NCBI RefSeq assembly: GCF_035594765.1
Contig: NC_085845.1
Coordinates: 146,274,897 to 146,338,896 of the forward strand
Direction: 5' to 3'
From: Anolis carolinensis
Taxonomy: Eukaryota
Length of the DNA stretch: 64,000 nucleotides
The stretch's first letter is position 1, and each line of letters begins with the position of its first letter. Below the pieces are notes generated by a model. That model saw nothing but the letters and a program-made list of their open reading frames with translations, was not told the DNA's origin and searched no databases. Of the stretch, positions 25,113-38,957 are shown one piece after another. The position numbers were made by a program, and so were the translations under genes.

Positions 25113-27383
25113 ATCAGGATACTGCAGGATACCCTAAGCAGCATCACATAACATGGCATGCTATACAAGTCCTTAAGGAAACAATTATAGTGAGGGCAAG
25201 TGATTGGTGCCCATAAATGGGCATTGCACAAGTTCATCATGTGAACTCATGTAAATCAAGCCCAAACATCTGGCAGGGAAGATGATGACAGCAATAATTT
25301 GCCTTATATCCTCTCTTGACTAAAATGTACTTTCTGTTTAGAGTCTTATATATGTTTATAATTCTAACATTTATTTCTTCTCTGCAAATGTGGAAGTATT
25401 TGTACAGTTCCTTTCAAGATGAAAGCTTTTGGCTTTTGAAGCTTTTGAAATGTGAAATTCTTGATATAAGATTGCTTCTTCATGGGAATCTTAGCATCTT
25501 TGCAAGTGCTCAGCCAGATTCTATAAACATGGTCAAAGCTATTCTATTGTATTTTACATAGCTCAATCATTCAGTGCCTCAACGTTTACCCCTTGCGGCT
25601 ACCTCCATGCTCAATGTTCACTACTTTGACCTATCTTGACATGCATTAGTCTAGCTGACCTACCTTATCAAACTTATCTGACTTTTCCCTTCTGGATTTA
25701 ATTAATTGGATGAAGGGAAGCAAGGTCAATTGTTGACCTCATATCAATCAGGACGCATTTTTCTTAGATGTTTAACTTATCCACCAAATTTCATATGCAC
25801 CTTGACATTTCCTTCAAGACTTCATATGATTAGTGGCATCTGTCAAGTCTGTGTGCCCCTTACCCTACCTCATTCATCATTCAGAGAGCTGCAACACAAA
25901 ATATTGGTGGCTAAACCCCTTTTCTGTGCTGTATATGTAACATGTATACTTTTAAGGTTGCTATAATGGTTAAAAAATAGGTTGCAGGAAGCTTCCACAA
26001 TCAGGAAGTCATCGCCATTATATAATTAAATGGCATAATTCTGTCAAAGTTAGCAATGATTGATTATGGGTAGAGATCACATTATTGATAACAAAAGTAA
26101 CTATGGTATCACATGGAAAGTGGTATTTGGATGTCAGGACAAACGTTTATGGGCACTATGAAGTTAGATAGTTCCAAGCCAAAATTAATATTATATAGAA
26201 GTCTGTATGGCGAGAAATACATGGATTTATGACTCATATTGTAATTGGATCCTTACTCTGAACAGTTTCTGTAAGTCAGTTTCATTAATCAGAGACCGTG
26301 ACATTTTTGACCTTACTATAATAGCAGATCAGTTAGAGGTCTAACTGAAGTTATCTTCTGAAGAAACAATACATTACTGCTTGAGACCTCAGAACCATTT
26401 CATCAGAAAAGCATCATTTTCATCAGAAAAAAGGTTTCAGTATATTAGGGTTTAGGACAGTTTGAAATCTGAATCAAAAAATGGCAAATGATGGCTTTCT
26501 GTCTTTATAATAAATCAATGCATTAGTGATAGAAGGTTCATTTTTCCAATCTTCTGTGCAAAACAACCATGATCAATAAATGCACATAAAATGTAATAAT
26601 ATAAGATATTTTTTTCTTCTCTTTTAAAATTTTGTGTAGATTTGCTCATTGTGTTTTTCTTTGTTATCCTTCTACTTTGACAAGAGCTCATCTTATTAAA
26701 TAAAAAAAATATTGGAAGAGGTTGGGGTAGGGAGGGACAAGTATATACAAATCAGCAACTCAGCACATATGTTTCATGTCAGAAGACAACTTTAAAAAAA
26801 TATTCAAAATATGTATCTGCCAATCTCCCAGGTATTCAGATGATACTCAGAATAATTTTTAGTTTAAGGGGGAGGGGGAGCAATGGATATTGAGTAAGCA
26901 GCTTTGGAGTGTAGGATAACAAGCATCTTTACAAGCACCAAAAGGTCAGTTGAATTGGACTTCAGTGAATATCAATAGTTAAACAAAATGTTTGGAGCAT
27001 AGCAGTGTATATACTCTCTGTTGTCAATAGATTTGGATGCAAGAATACTTTCGGAAAAAGCCAGTCATTTAACAACACATGTATGCAGCTCTGTCTTTTA
27101 TGACAATTATATACAACAAGAGGACAATTAGTTTCCTTATAGCTCTGGACAGCAAGAGCAAGCAAGTTTATGAGTGGACTTCTTGGAGAGAGGCTAGGCC
27201 CACTTGCCCCATTCCTGAAAGTGGGTGGTCAGCAGAATTTGTTGACATAGTCATCATTACTTCCTTTGCATATTTGCATATAAAGCCTGAAACCCACTTT
27301 TTTCCCATATAAAAGATGAATATGTGGGCAAATTTTCTTCAACACTTGCCATTGGATAGCATTCTTGTTCATACTAAAAGCAG

Positions 27384-27925
27384 CATAGAATCATAGAATA
27401 GTAGAGTTGGAAGAGACCTCGTGGAGCATCCAGTCCAACCCCCCGCTAAGAAGCAGGAAATCGCATTCAAAGTACCCCCGACAGATGGCCATCCAGCCTC
27501 TGCTTAAAAGCCTCCAAAGAAGGAGCCTCCACCACACTCCGGGGGAGAGAGTTCCACTGCCGAACAGCTCTCACAGTGAGGAAGTTCTTCCTGATGTTCA
27601 GGTGGAATCTCCTTTCCTGTAGTTTGAAGCCATTGTTCCGTGTCCTAGTCTGCAGGGCAACAGAAAACAAGCTTGCTCCCTCCTCCCTATGACTTCCCCT
27701 CACATATTTGTACATGGCTATCATGTCTCCTCTCAGCCTTCTCTTCTGCAGGCTAAACATGCCCAGCTCTCTAAGCCGCTCCTCATAGGGCTTGTTCTCC
27801 AGACCTTTGATCATTTTAGTCGCCCCCCTCTGGACTCTTTCCAGCTTGTCAACATCTCCCTTCAACTGTGGTGCCCAAAATTGCACACAGTATTCCAGGT
27901 GTGGTCTGACCAAGGCAGAATAGAG
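27384..27925 (-). mobile_element. CR1 LINE, 5'-truncated, young
   Basis: Open ORF2 C-terminus [13 protein letters not shown]...[16 protein letters not shown]...WNSLP and a (TTCTATGA)n tail. Confidence 0.95.
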
Positions 27926-28721
27926 GCTAGCTTATGTGGACACTAAATGTTCTTACCCAACATTTTACAGTTTCTTTCCTTGATGCAACTGCTTTATTCT
28001 GCTTAATAGAAGGACCTTTCTTGTTGTTTGGGTTGGTAACTGAGCTGGTAGTGGCCAAGAACTTGGTTATTTGGGGGGGGGGGGTTGCTGCTCCTGGCTC
28101 TATGGAAGAAAATCTGTAGCACTCAGTTGTCACTCTGAATCATTTCCTGTTGCAAGTGGGAATAGGTATGTTGTATTATTTTGCTGAAGGACCCCATTGA
28201 TTTTCACTAGTGAGTTCCTATTTCTCCTGAGATGTTACTGTCTGTATGACGAGAGACTTCATCACATGAGGAATTTTTAGTATCCTAGGATGCTTCTGCT
28301 CCAGTTCAGGGACAGATGGGCATGCAGCACATCACACAACATCCCTCAACTTCCAGCAGAGATCCTGCCCACAAGGGAGCCAGCACATTTCTGCCCCAGT
28401 TGGGTGATGGTTCCCCTGTGTGATGGAGGAAGAGTCACTGCACCGTAGCGGTGCCTGGGGTGATGGAGTCACCCATATGCCTGCTGTTTTGCCACACTTG
28501 TGGGCGAAGTGGCTTGGGGGTTGGCTGTGTAATAAGGTCACAGGCCTTGCTTTACCTACCACCAACACTGACATATTGGTAATGTGACTTCCACATTTTT
28601 CAGTTATTGGCTAGTCATTGTTGCTATTGAATGACGTTTTTACCAAGCAGTACTGCTGCACAGTTCATTATCTATATGTAGTATTGGTTACATTACATAT
28701 ACATTATCTATATGCAATGTT

Positions 28722-29060
28722 GGTTTAACCCGCTGCCCGGTGGCGCAGCGGGTTAAACCGCTGAGCTACTGAACTTGCTGACCGAAAGGTCAGTGGTTCG
28801 AATACGGGAAGCGGGGTGAGCTCCTGCTGTTAGCCCCATCTTCTGCCAACTTAGCAGTTTGAAAACATGCAAATGTGAGTAGATCAATAGATACCGCTCT
28901 GGCGAGAAGGTAACAGCGCTCCATGCAGTCATGCCAGCTACATGACCTTGGAGGTATCTATGGACAATGCTGGCTCTTCGGCTTAGAAATGGAGATGAAT
29001 ACCAACCCCCAGAGTCGGACACGACTAGATTTAATGTTGGAAAAACCTTTATCTTTACCT
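28722..29060 (+). mobile_element. Sauria SINE, near full length
   Basis: A and B boxes, conserved core, ACCTTT-type tail, and tgttggtt on both flanks (28718-28725, 29063-29070). Confidence 0.9.
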
Positions 29061-29617
29061 AGTGTTGGTTAAGAGAGACAAACATTCTGATGTGCAAAAT
29101 AATAAAACATGTGTAGAACTTAGGAAAAGCCAAAAAAAAAAAAAAAGCTTTATTTCCTGCAATTTCTCAATGCAGTAAAAGCTATTCTGGTAAATGTGAT
29201 TAGTCTCAGCTGAGAATATCCATCTGCCATAATATTTCTCTGGCTGACTTCATTTTTCTTAAATGTATATATAGCAATGCCTATATTGTTTCATTTGTCC
29301 CCTACTGTTTAGTATATTACAAAGATTAGCCCTCAGAAAGTTCATTCCCAGTGACAGTCCTTAAAAACAAAAGCTTTATGTTAACCATGGGTATACTTGA
29401 ATTTTTGTTATGTCTAAGCAGCAATATAGTTAGTTAAACATCTAACGTTACCTACTTAGGGAGTAGAATGTGAGCGCTTATCTAAACTAGATCCCTATAA
29501 TATGTTTTGTCTGTCCTGTAAGATGGCAACACAACTGAATTGGTGCATGAATATCAATTGTTTTCATATGAATAAATAAATAATAAGGAATCTGAGGAAA
29601 TAAGAAGGAATAAGAAG

Positions 29618-29820
29618 GAAAACATGCAAATGTGAGTAGATGGATAGGTACCGCTCCGGCAGGAAGGTAACAGCGCTTCATGTAGTAATGTCAGCCACAT
29701 GACCTTGGAGGTGTCAACGGACAACACCAGCTCTTCGGCTTAGAAATGGAGATGAGCACCAACCACCAGAGTCAGACACGACTAGACTTAATGTCAGGGG
29801 GGAAACGTTACCCTTACCTA
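29618..29820 (+). mobile_element. Sauria SINE, 5'-truncated
   Basis: Core and tail match 28860-29060. Confidence 0.88.
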
Positions 29821-29907
29821 ATGGGAAAGCATGGTGCACCAGACCATAGGATTATCTAATCTAGTATCCTCCTTCCCACTGTGATCATGAACAGCCTGAT
29901 AATCCAC

Positions 29908-30790
29908 AGAATAGAATAGACTAACTTTATTCTCATTGTACATTGTACAACAACATTAAATGCTTTCCCCAGCACACATCACAAAAACAGCACACCCATC
30001 CTGCAACACTCCAACTACCACTGTACAGCCCCCAATGCTATGTCAATGCAAAACCATGGGGTTCAATGTAGTTACGGCTCTAGGATAAAAGCTATCTTTC
30101 AGTCTGTTTGTCCTTGTCTTTGTCACGCTGTACCATCTGCCAGATGATAATATTTTTTTTAAAAAAAAGAATATGCTGGGTGAGATGGATCTTTCAGACT
30201 GTACTAAACTTTCTTAAGCCTGCGGAAGTTATAAAGTTCTTCCGAAGAGGGGAAAGGGCAAGTAATGATTCTCTGTGCAGTAGCAGTGACCCTTTGGAGC
30301 GTCTTCCTATCTGCCATGGTGCAGTTACCAAACCATGCGCAGATGCAGTAGGTTAGGACACCCTCTATAGCACAGCAGTAGAAAGTCACTAGCACTTTTC
30401 ATTCAGTTGTTGGTTCCTTAGAAGTCTCAGATAGTACAGTAGAGTCTCACTTATCCAATACTCGCTTATCTAAGCTTCTGGATAATCCAAGCCATTTTTG
30501 TAGTCAATGTTTTCAATAGATCATGATATTTTGGTGCTAAATTCATAAATACAGTAATTACTACATAGCATTACTGCATATTGAACTACTTTTTCTGTGA
30601 AATTTGTTGTATAACATGATGTTTTGGTGCTTAATTTGTATAATCATAACCTAATTTGATGATTAATAGGCTTTTCCATAATCCCTCCTTATTATCCAAG
30701 ATATTCGCTTATCCAAGCTTCTGCTGGCCTGTTTAGCTTGGATAAGTGAGACTCTACTGTACAATCTCTGCTGGGACCTGTTAACCAAGA
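29908..30790 (-). mobile_element. Rex1/Babar LINE 3' fragment interrupted by a MITE
   Basis: The minus strand reads VNRSQQRL|YYLRLL...LVTFYCCAIEGVLTYCICAWFGNCTMADRKTLQRVTATAQRII. The 3' tail is gtacaatgagaataaag...ctattct. Confidence 0.82.
30437..30759. mobile_element. Tc1/mariner MITE (cagtagagtctcac family)
   Basis: TIRs and TA TSD. Confidence 0.92.
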
Positions 30791-32536
30791 AGTAATCACT
30801 ATTCACTGTAAGCCAATTTCACTGCAGTCCTGACTTATAGTTGTTTCCCAGCTGTCTGTTTCTTCCTCCTAATTTCTCTTCATTTAGCGTACTACTTCTG
30901 AAGTGCTCATAAATGTTTTTGATGCAGAAAATAAGTCTTACAAGAGATAAGCTGCTAAACTTTTAGCACTGTTCCTTATAAATGGAAGTTAACGAGTAAA
31001 AGGTTTTCAAACTAAAATGATGACATCATAAATTACTGTTTTTAAAAAAGAAGAGATGAATACAACATGATTATTTATTGTGGCCAAAGAGCAAGAAATA
31101 TACTACAAAGCAGCAAGATCAAGGAAAAGTAGGCCACATATACAGTTGCATGCTCAGTAAAACACTGGGGTCTTTATTTTATTTTCCTATTTCAAATTTG
31201 GTTTGAGACTGTGAGAAACCTTTTTGCATTTTCAGAAATGACAGGTGATGAATCTGTAAAGCAATAGGAAACTACACCTAGCATCATGAGCTGGACTTGC
31301 AATTTCATCACTTTCAGGGTTCATGTTTAAAGTCATAAATGACTTTTCTACCTTTTCAGCCATGCTGTGCCCCAACCAAACAGGTTTGGAGGTGTTTCAG
31401 ATTAAAGTGCTGGGAAAAGTGCATCACAGGGTTCATTGAGAGAAGCAATTGGGAAAGAGGTCCCTCCAGCTGCTATTCCCAATCCATCTCATGACCGGAA
31501 GAGTACTGCAGATGTCATTTCCAGCACCCTGCTTTGCAATACTTTGTACACACTTCAACATAGCTGCAAAGGCAGTTTTTTTGGGTTGATGGGATAACAT
31601 CATCAGCTGTGGCTACAGCAACAGAGGTGAACCATCATAGTTACATTGAACTATGTTTGCAGATGGGTTTCCCAAAAATACTGTTAATTGATAAGAGATT
31701 AACCACTCTTTGCAACTTTATAAAGAGAAAAAAGTTCTGGAGAACATGCTCAACTATTTCCAGTGCTTTCACTCCATACAAAAATATTCGCTCATTACCT
31801 GGGACCTTATTAAATTGACATTCTAAAAATGCTGATAGCAACCATTTGAAGCTGGCAAGAGTAAATGCTTTTCTGTATTTAGCAATAGTTAATGAGTACC
31901 AATATGAAGCTATGAAAAAATTCCATTGCCATAACAGTTACTGTAAAATGATGAAGAACAAGAGCCCTGGCTCTTCCATTGCAAGCCTAGGTCAATTAGT
32001 CTTTGGGCCATACAAAAGTGAGCTTTCCAACTGCCCAGAAACTGAGCAGAAAAAGCAAGCTGGTAATTTGGCTCTTTCAGGTGCAATTAAAAATCAATTG
32101 CAGCTAGCATTTTAGGGCATCGGTCCAAGCATTACATTGAACTGATTGAATACCAACTCCCAGGTAGATAGTTGCATTGGTAACACACAAAGGTAAGCCC
32201 AATAATTTTATGAGAAAACCAGACAGAATTCTTTCTTCTTGCTAGTTAAGCCCTGTGATCCAGATATGGATCTCATAAGTGAGCTGACTGGAAGAGATAA
32301 ATAGATATAGTGAATTGTTTGTACACTTTAAAAAGGAGACAGGTCAATGTAGAGGTTTCTTTTTAAAAAAATTGTTCTGTTTTGCTTTACATTTTGCTAG
32401 AAACAAATAAAATAGCCTGTACCTAAATAGTAAATACTATTTCATGGAGTAAAAATCTGCACTAGCAAAGTTGCACTGGATAACAACTTTGTGCAAACCA
32501 TAGCATAAAGTAGTTGCACAACAGAAGGTTCAAGAG

Positions 32537-32670
32537 CAGTGGTTTTCAACCTGGGGTCCCCAGATGTTTTTGGCCTTCAACTCCAAGAAATCCTAACAGC
32601 TGGCAAACTTCTGGGATTTCTGGGAGTTGTAGGCCAAAAACATCTGGGGACCCCAGGTTGAGAGCCACTG
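32537..32670. mobile_element. Palindromic hAT MITE
   Basis: Perfect 8-bp TSD ttcaagag. Same family as 13947. Confidence 0.92.
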
Positions 32671-34279
32671 TTCAAGAGGTTGCGTAACAGCTAAAGGGCA
32701 AAAAAACAAAAAAAAACAAACAAAACCCTCCCACCTTTTACTGTAGACCACCCTGAGCTAATTCTGAAAACAAAAAAACGAAGACTTTTAGGATCTGATC
32801 AGTGCAATGAAAATAAATGTTTGCAGAGCTTCTGCCATGACCATGTTTATCAATGCAGTCCTGCCAAGACCTGCCACATAGAAGCTCTTTATATAATCAT
32901 ATATTTAGATTAGGGACATCTGCTTAATTTAGAAATGAAAATGTGGAACAGTTGTCCAGAAGTACCACTTCAGAATAGATCTCGCATCATGCACGGTGAT
33001 TGATTTGAGTGCTGTCCTCACTCTCAGAAGATATCTATAGAAAGCTATCCTGTCATGGAATGTATTCTAGCCTGCTGGTTGCTTTATTTTATGCTGAGAG
33101 ATGCTTTCAAATAATGCACTTCCCCACCTGCGGCGTGAAATAGTACAGCCTCCGGAGGTCTGAATGACGTTCTCTCGCCAAACCATGTAGGTTGTTGGCA
33201 CTCAAATACCTGAAATGCCCACTTTGTTCCAAAATGGATTGTGTGTGTTAAGCTTCTCTTTGTCGAGCTTAAGTCTTACTGTTACATTCATCTTCAGAAC
33301 TGCCCTTTCAGGTGGTTCTATTTATTCCCGTTTTCTGAACATTATCTGTTTGGTTTTTTTAAAATCAAAATAAATGTGTGTAAACTCTGACTCTAAATGC
33401 ACCTTAAAGGCTTTCATGGGGAGCTTGGGATCTTGCAGACAACAGGGACAATAATCCTCTTTGGACATGCCGATACGTATTAGCAGTAGCTTATTGTACA
33501 GTAAAGAAATGGTTTGCTGTTAGCTTTATTGTATACAGAAGCAGCAGGAGAAAATATGAGTAATGTTGTGCATCTGATTGTTTCTTTCCTACATTGCCAA
33601 TTAAATGGCAGTTGTTTGTGCTTCCTGGGAAGGCTTGATGGCTACTGGAGAGTATGTTAGTTGAAAGGCATACTTATTTTTATTGCTTTTGAGAGCTTTG
33701 CACCATACTATAAAGCTGCTGCCAGTTTTACATAACAAAAGGAATGTGCATGCTTAATCACTAGGTGTCTTGCAATAATGAGTATGCTAGCCATATTAGC
33801 ATCTGTTATAATAATACTTTATTGTGGCCATTAATGGGTAATTTTGTTCCTCCACTCTGTGCAGTGGTAGGAAAATTATTTCCCTCATTTTATTTACATG
33901 CAGTAACAATCAGATGTTATCGTTTTCTTCTTTCCTGGGAACACTTAATTTTTCTACTTTGTTCCATTGGGGTTATGCCTTTTATAAAAAAATAAATTGC
34001 TTTAAAACAATGGAAAATAAATGTGTCTGGGATCTTAATGCAAGAGCACACTTGGCATCCCATGAGTTAGCATCAAAACATATTTTAAAGTCTCCACATT
34101 GGCTATTAGTTATTGTGGCCCATTGGATGGTGTTATCAAATTATAGTATTGAATTGAGTTAGTGTGGTGATGAATTAATCCTTGCGAAGCAGCATTTGTC
34201 TATAGTGGGAGAAAATTATAAACTCCGTACGTGGACAGGACGTGTCACATGGTGGTACCTTTCATTCTCTTTATATAAG

Positions 34280-34602
34280 TTAAGCATATCTTATCCAGAA
34301 TGCAAAATCTGAAATTGTCTGCATATGTGACTGAGATAGAGACACATGTGCTTTCTAATGGTTTCGTGTATGAAAACTTTGGTTCATACACAAAAGTATT
34401 TAAAATAGTGTATGAAATTACCTTTAGGCTATGTGTATAAGGTGTATAAGAAACATAAATGAATTTCATGTTTTGATGTGAGTGTCATCTCCAAGATATC
34501 TCATTATACATATGCAAATATGTGTATTCCAAAATCTGGAGGGAAAAATCAAATTCCTAAACACCTCTAGTTCCAAGTATTTTGGATAAAGGATTTTCAA
34601 TT
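34280..34602. mobile_element. Old Tigger-like MITE
   Basis: cttatccagaatgc ... gtattttggataaagg degenerate inverted ends. Confidence 0.5.
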
Positions 34603-35875
34603 TTTCCCAACTACATTGCAGAATTGGCCAAGCCACCATGGTTCCTGAAAGGTGTGAAATTAGTCCAGTTTTGAATATAACAGCACATTGAAATTATGCC
34701 TAGCTGTAATTTCCAACCTTAGGTCTCCAGGTATTGCCAGACTTCAACTCGCATGATCCCCTGAAATCATTTGGTCAAGGATAATGACAGCTGTCATTCC
34801 ACAATATCTGGTGTTAAGATCTAATGAGATATAATAATAAGTGAGAGGCACCAGAAGAACAATAACTTGCCTTTCTAGTTTTGTATATAAATTTAAGTTT
34901 CCAACTTCATTAATTCTGAAAAGTTCCCTTTAGCTGTTATTATCTATAAAAAAGAAATTGATATGCAGAGTAAAATCAAACTAAATATGCAGCTTTAAAA
35001 TGTTTTTTTTGTTTTGCTTTCTTCAGCAGGTTCCTATCAGTCACATTGATTTGAACCTTGTAGCCTCAGGTGCTGTCAAATACATACATAAAGCAATAAT
35101 CAATTGTCAGAAAGCAAAATCAGAAGGCCCACATATCAAGAAATGTGCTGTGAAAATGTTATATAATTACATTTAGAGACAGAGCTGCTCCCCTCTATTC
35201 AAGCTTAATTGGGTAAAAAGGGTACATGCGAAGAATAGCTAATGTGTCACTCCCACAAAATTAGACTCTTTTCTGATGGCTGATTAAGGCTGCTCTAGGC
35301 AGTAAATATATTACCTTCAGTAGGAGTAGCTACAAAATCCTTGCTGCTTGTTACAGAAAGTGTATAACCCTGAATGCTACCAGTTCAAGAAAGTGCGTGT
35401 CTCAGGCTTTGCACGGTTTTCCTCTCCTACGGTAAAAGCACTGCCCATTAAAACAAAACCATTAGAGTATTGAACTGTGCCAAATAGTGGGAGACAAAGA
35501 AGGTGGTGAGGAAGTATAATAGAAAGTGCATTAGCAATTGGAGAAGTCCAAGCCTGGCATAATAAAAAGGTATGATTCTAACTTTTAGTCAACCATTTCT
35601 AATTTGGTGGTTTCTTATTTGTGGTTCAACTTTGCCATATCATTAACATTGCAAAACAATACATGTTTATATAGTCCAAGATACGAATTTGCGTGTAGGT
35701 GCAAGAAGGTCTTTCTTGTAAGTGTCATCAGATCCTCTAATGTTTCAAGACTTGACAAGAAGGGTTTTTTTAGTGATGGCTAAACTGTTGGGAATTATAT
35801 GCTAACCACATTTCTAGGACATATAATTTCCACCCCATTAGTAGAGGAAGCCTTCAAACAGAGACTGTAATCTAA

Positions 35876-36015
35876 GGCTGGACCTACACTGTCCTATATC
35901 ACAGGATCTGATCCCAGATTATCTGCTTTAAACTGACTCTCCACTGCCATATAATCTGGGAAAAGTAGATAATCTGGGATCAGATCATGGAATATAAGGC
36001 AGTGTAGAAGTGGCC
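35876..36015. mobile_element. PIF/Harbinger-like palindromic MITE
   Basis: TAA on both sides, with ctacactg/cagtgtag and gatctgatcccagattatct/agataatctgggatcagatc inverted pairs. Confidence 0.75.
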
Positions 36016-36349
36016 TAAGAGATCTTCCAAGAGAAAACTGTAGAAGAGATTTGGCAGTCAACGTTTACTAAATATAGCAGTGTGGAGGCATTATGGATAG
36101 CCAAAATACAATCACTAAGAGGTGATAATTTATTTCCTTAATTTTAATTTCTATTGTATCAATAATATGTAGACTGTTTAATACATTTAAATGTTCTACA
36201 TCCTCATGATATCGGAAATTACAATCAGAAGCCATTCAATATTGACACTATTATGTTTATAATATCAAATAATGTAACATATACTTGAAGAGTAAGGAAC
36301 GTCCACTCCTCCAGATGTTGTTAGATTAACTCCTTATCTTCAACACCAG

Positions 36350-37146
36350 TGTTGTAGTCCAGCCTGTGCTAGTGTCTGATGTGTCTGATGTCAATGAAGT
36401 TTCTGGGCCTGTGTCTGATTGCAATGGAGATAATGATATTGACAGGTCTGACTGCAATTGGGATAATGGTAGCAACAGGCTTTCCTTAGAGCTAAAGGTT
36501 TCTGCAGAACAGAAACCAGAGGCTCAAGGCCACATTCCTGAAAGGGGCTGGTTTTTTGAGGGGGATTTGTCAGATGCAGATGTAGAGGTGAATGAGCTGA
36601 CAGATAGACAACAAGACTTCTGTAAACAGAGAGAGAGTTCCCAATTCATCTTCGAGAAAAAAAGGCAGATAAATTATCTGGTGAGAAAGTGAAACAAAAT
36701 GTGTTTTTCTCACTGCAGGAGGCTTTTTAAGAGAAAGGGAAAAGTTTTGCTTCATTGGGGTCAACGATGATTCAAGCCAGTCATGCCAAGTTCATGCTCT
36801 AAGTTTCCCAAATGGATTTTTTAGCTCCTTGGTTCCTGACCTGCCAAGTTCCTATTCTTTGATTCCAAGTGTGTTTAGTTTCATGGCCCCAGTTTACCAA
36901 GTTCATGCCTTGACTAATGGGATTTACACTGCCTTGTGGATTTTACAACCTTGTACCTTGTGTTTTATTCTTACACTTTGGAAGTTGTGGACTATTGGTG
37001 ATATTTTGAAGAAACCTTTTTGAATTATACTCTTAAATACTTTTTATTGCTTGGCTTTTATATATTCTTCAATAAACTCCTTGTTGATAATACTCAGCTG
37101 GTGTGGTGTTTTACAGTCAGAGGGGTTCTAGCTCTGGGATACAGCA
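36350..37146 (+). mobile_element. Solo LTR (Gypsy- or BEL-like), 797 bp
   Basis: TG...CA ends with a short inverted repeat (tgttgta / tacagca), perfect 5-bp TSD accag (36345-36349, 37147-37151), and AATAAA at 37071. Confidence 0.8.
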
Positions 37147-38030
37147 ACCAGCTAGACTGGCAGAGGTTGATGGGAACTGGTTTTTAAAAATATCTACACT
37201 GCCACAGGTTTCCCAGTCTCATTAGATTATTCTGTTGATGTTGTGATTGGGCTGGATCCAAACATAGACACATTTAGAACAGACACACTGAATTCAATAA
37301 AATTTGAGTTAGTCACAACTAACTTAAATTTCTATGACTTCAGTGGATTTTCTCTGTTTTATTAAGACTGGACCCAACTGGTTGAATTTGATTTTAATTA
37401 GAAATGGTCATGTTTATCAACTAACATTCTTTAACCAAAAATCTAAAAGGTTGAAATAAGTCATGCATTATTGAGTTTTGAAAATAATCATTTCCTGGCA
37501 CACACGTAAACTTCAGTAATCACATGCACTCTGAAGTCAGGCATAAAGGTTGCATCTTAGACCTTTGTATCAATAAATGAAAAATAGGCAGATGTCAAAA
37601 TAAACTGTGTATAATCTATGACCTACACTGTGATTGATTGTTTATAAATTGGTTGCATTGAGTAATCATATCGTTTGCCATACTGCTAGTGACAAACTAA
37701 TGGTAGGAACAAATGGATACAAGGTCCTATTCATTATTCTGACTTGGAGAATTGTTCTTCCATTGAGACAATTGATTTATCATTTGCTCAAACATTTCAA
37801 AAGGATTGTCCTGCCTTTCCCAGAAATTAAAATGTCTTATTAACTAGAATACCTATTTGAAATAGTTTGTATTTTGTAAACTGAGTTGAACCACATTTGT
37901 GAGATACTTACACACAGACAGTTGCAGAGAATGATAAATAATGGGATAGATAAATAATTGGATGATAAATAACTAGAAAAATACAGATAGTTGAGAGATT
38001 GAACAGGGCAGGGGTAGAGCTACAGGGCAA

Positions 38031-38087
<57 letters not shown>

Positions 38088-38145
38088 TTATTTTTCTATC
38101 CTGCCCCCATCTCCCCGAAGGGACTCAGGGCGGCTAACATGGGGC
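38031..38145 (-). repeat. (TAA)n microsatellite joined to a reversed L2-type 3' tail
   Basis: About 18 TAA units followed by ctgccccatctccccgaagggactcagggcggct-like sequence. Confidence 0.7.
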
Positions 38146-38957
38146 TAACATTGAATTGTGTCATTGCAGAGAGTGGGACAGTGAAAACATTCAGACCTAG
38201 AACTCTTCTATTTGCTATGTTCACATTCCCTTGGTAATGTCTCTCCCTTTTAAGGATGCCTTAACTATATTTCGGAGTGCACCACTGAAGATTTAAGTTA
38301 CTACAATGCTATCCCCTGCAGCCTTGCCTTTATTAAAGGAGATTACAATTCTATTATGATCAAAAGTTGAATAGGCTCAATACCAAATACATCCAGAACT
38401 TTGTTTGGTATTGACAGGCATGAAGTACTAAGATAGTGCTGAAAGTTCAGCCGGAGCCTGGAAAGTTATTGATAAAATGTTTATTTGCCATATTATGTTT
38501 TATCTTGGATTGTTTTAATAATAATGTTGTTTAATACTGTTTTAATATTTATATATTAGTATATTTTAATTTGTATTGAAATACTTTTATTTGTGAGCTG
38601 CTTATTTGTGAGTCTCTGCATGGAGAGAAAAAGTGGGATATAAATAAACATTATTATTATTATCCCTATTACTACTACTACTACTACTACTAATGCATTT
38701 CTATTAATCTCATTCATTGAATTGCTTCCATTTTTAACCATTCTGCTTTTTTTAAAAAAAAAAATCTAAAATTGAAAGCAAATCGTCTACAATTTGATAG
38801 TCTTGTGAGATCCTTCCTCCATCTTTTAGTAATGATAAAAATAAAAGTTACAGTTGTAACACTTACTTTCTACGCTGCTAAAAATTAGGGTTTCCTTTGG
38901 TTTCCAATTAACTATCATAATACTAAAATCGATTGAACATTCAGAAATACACTATAG

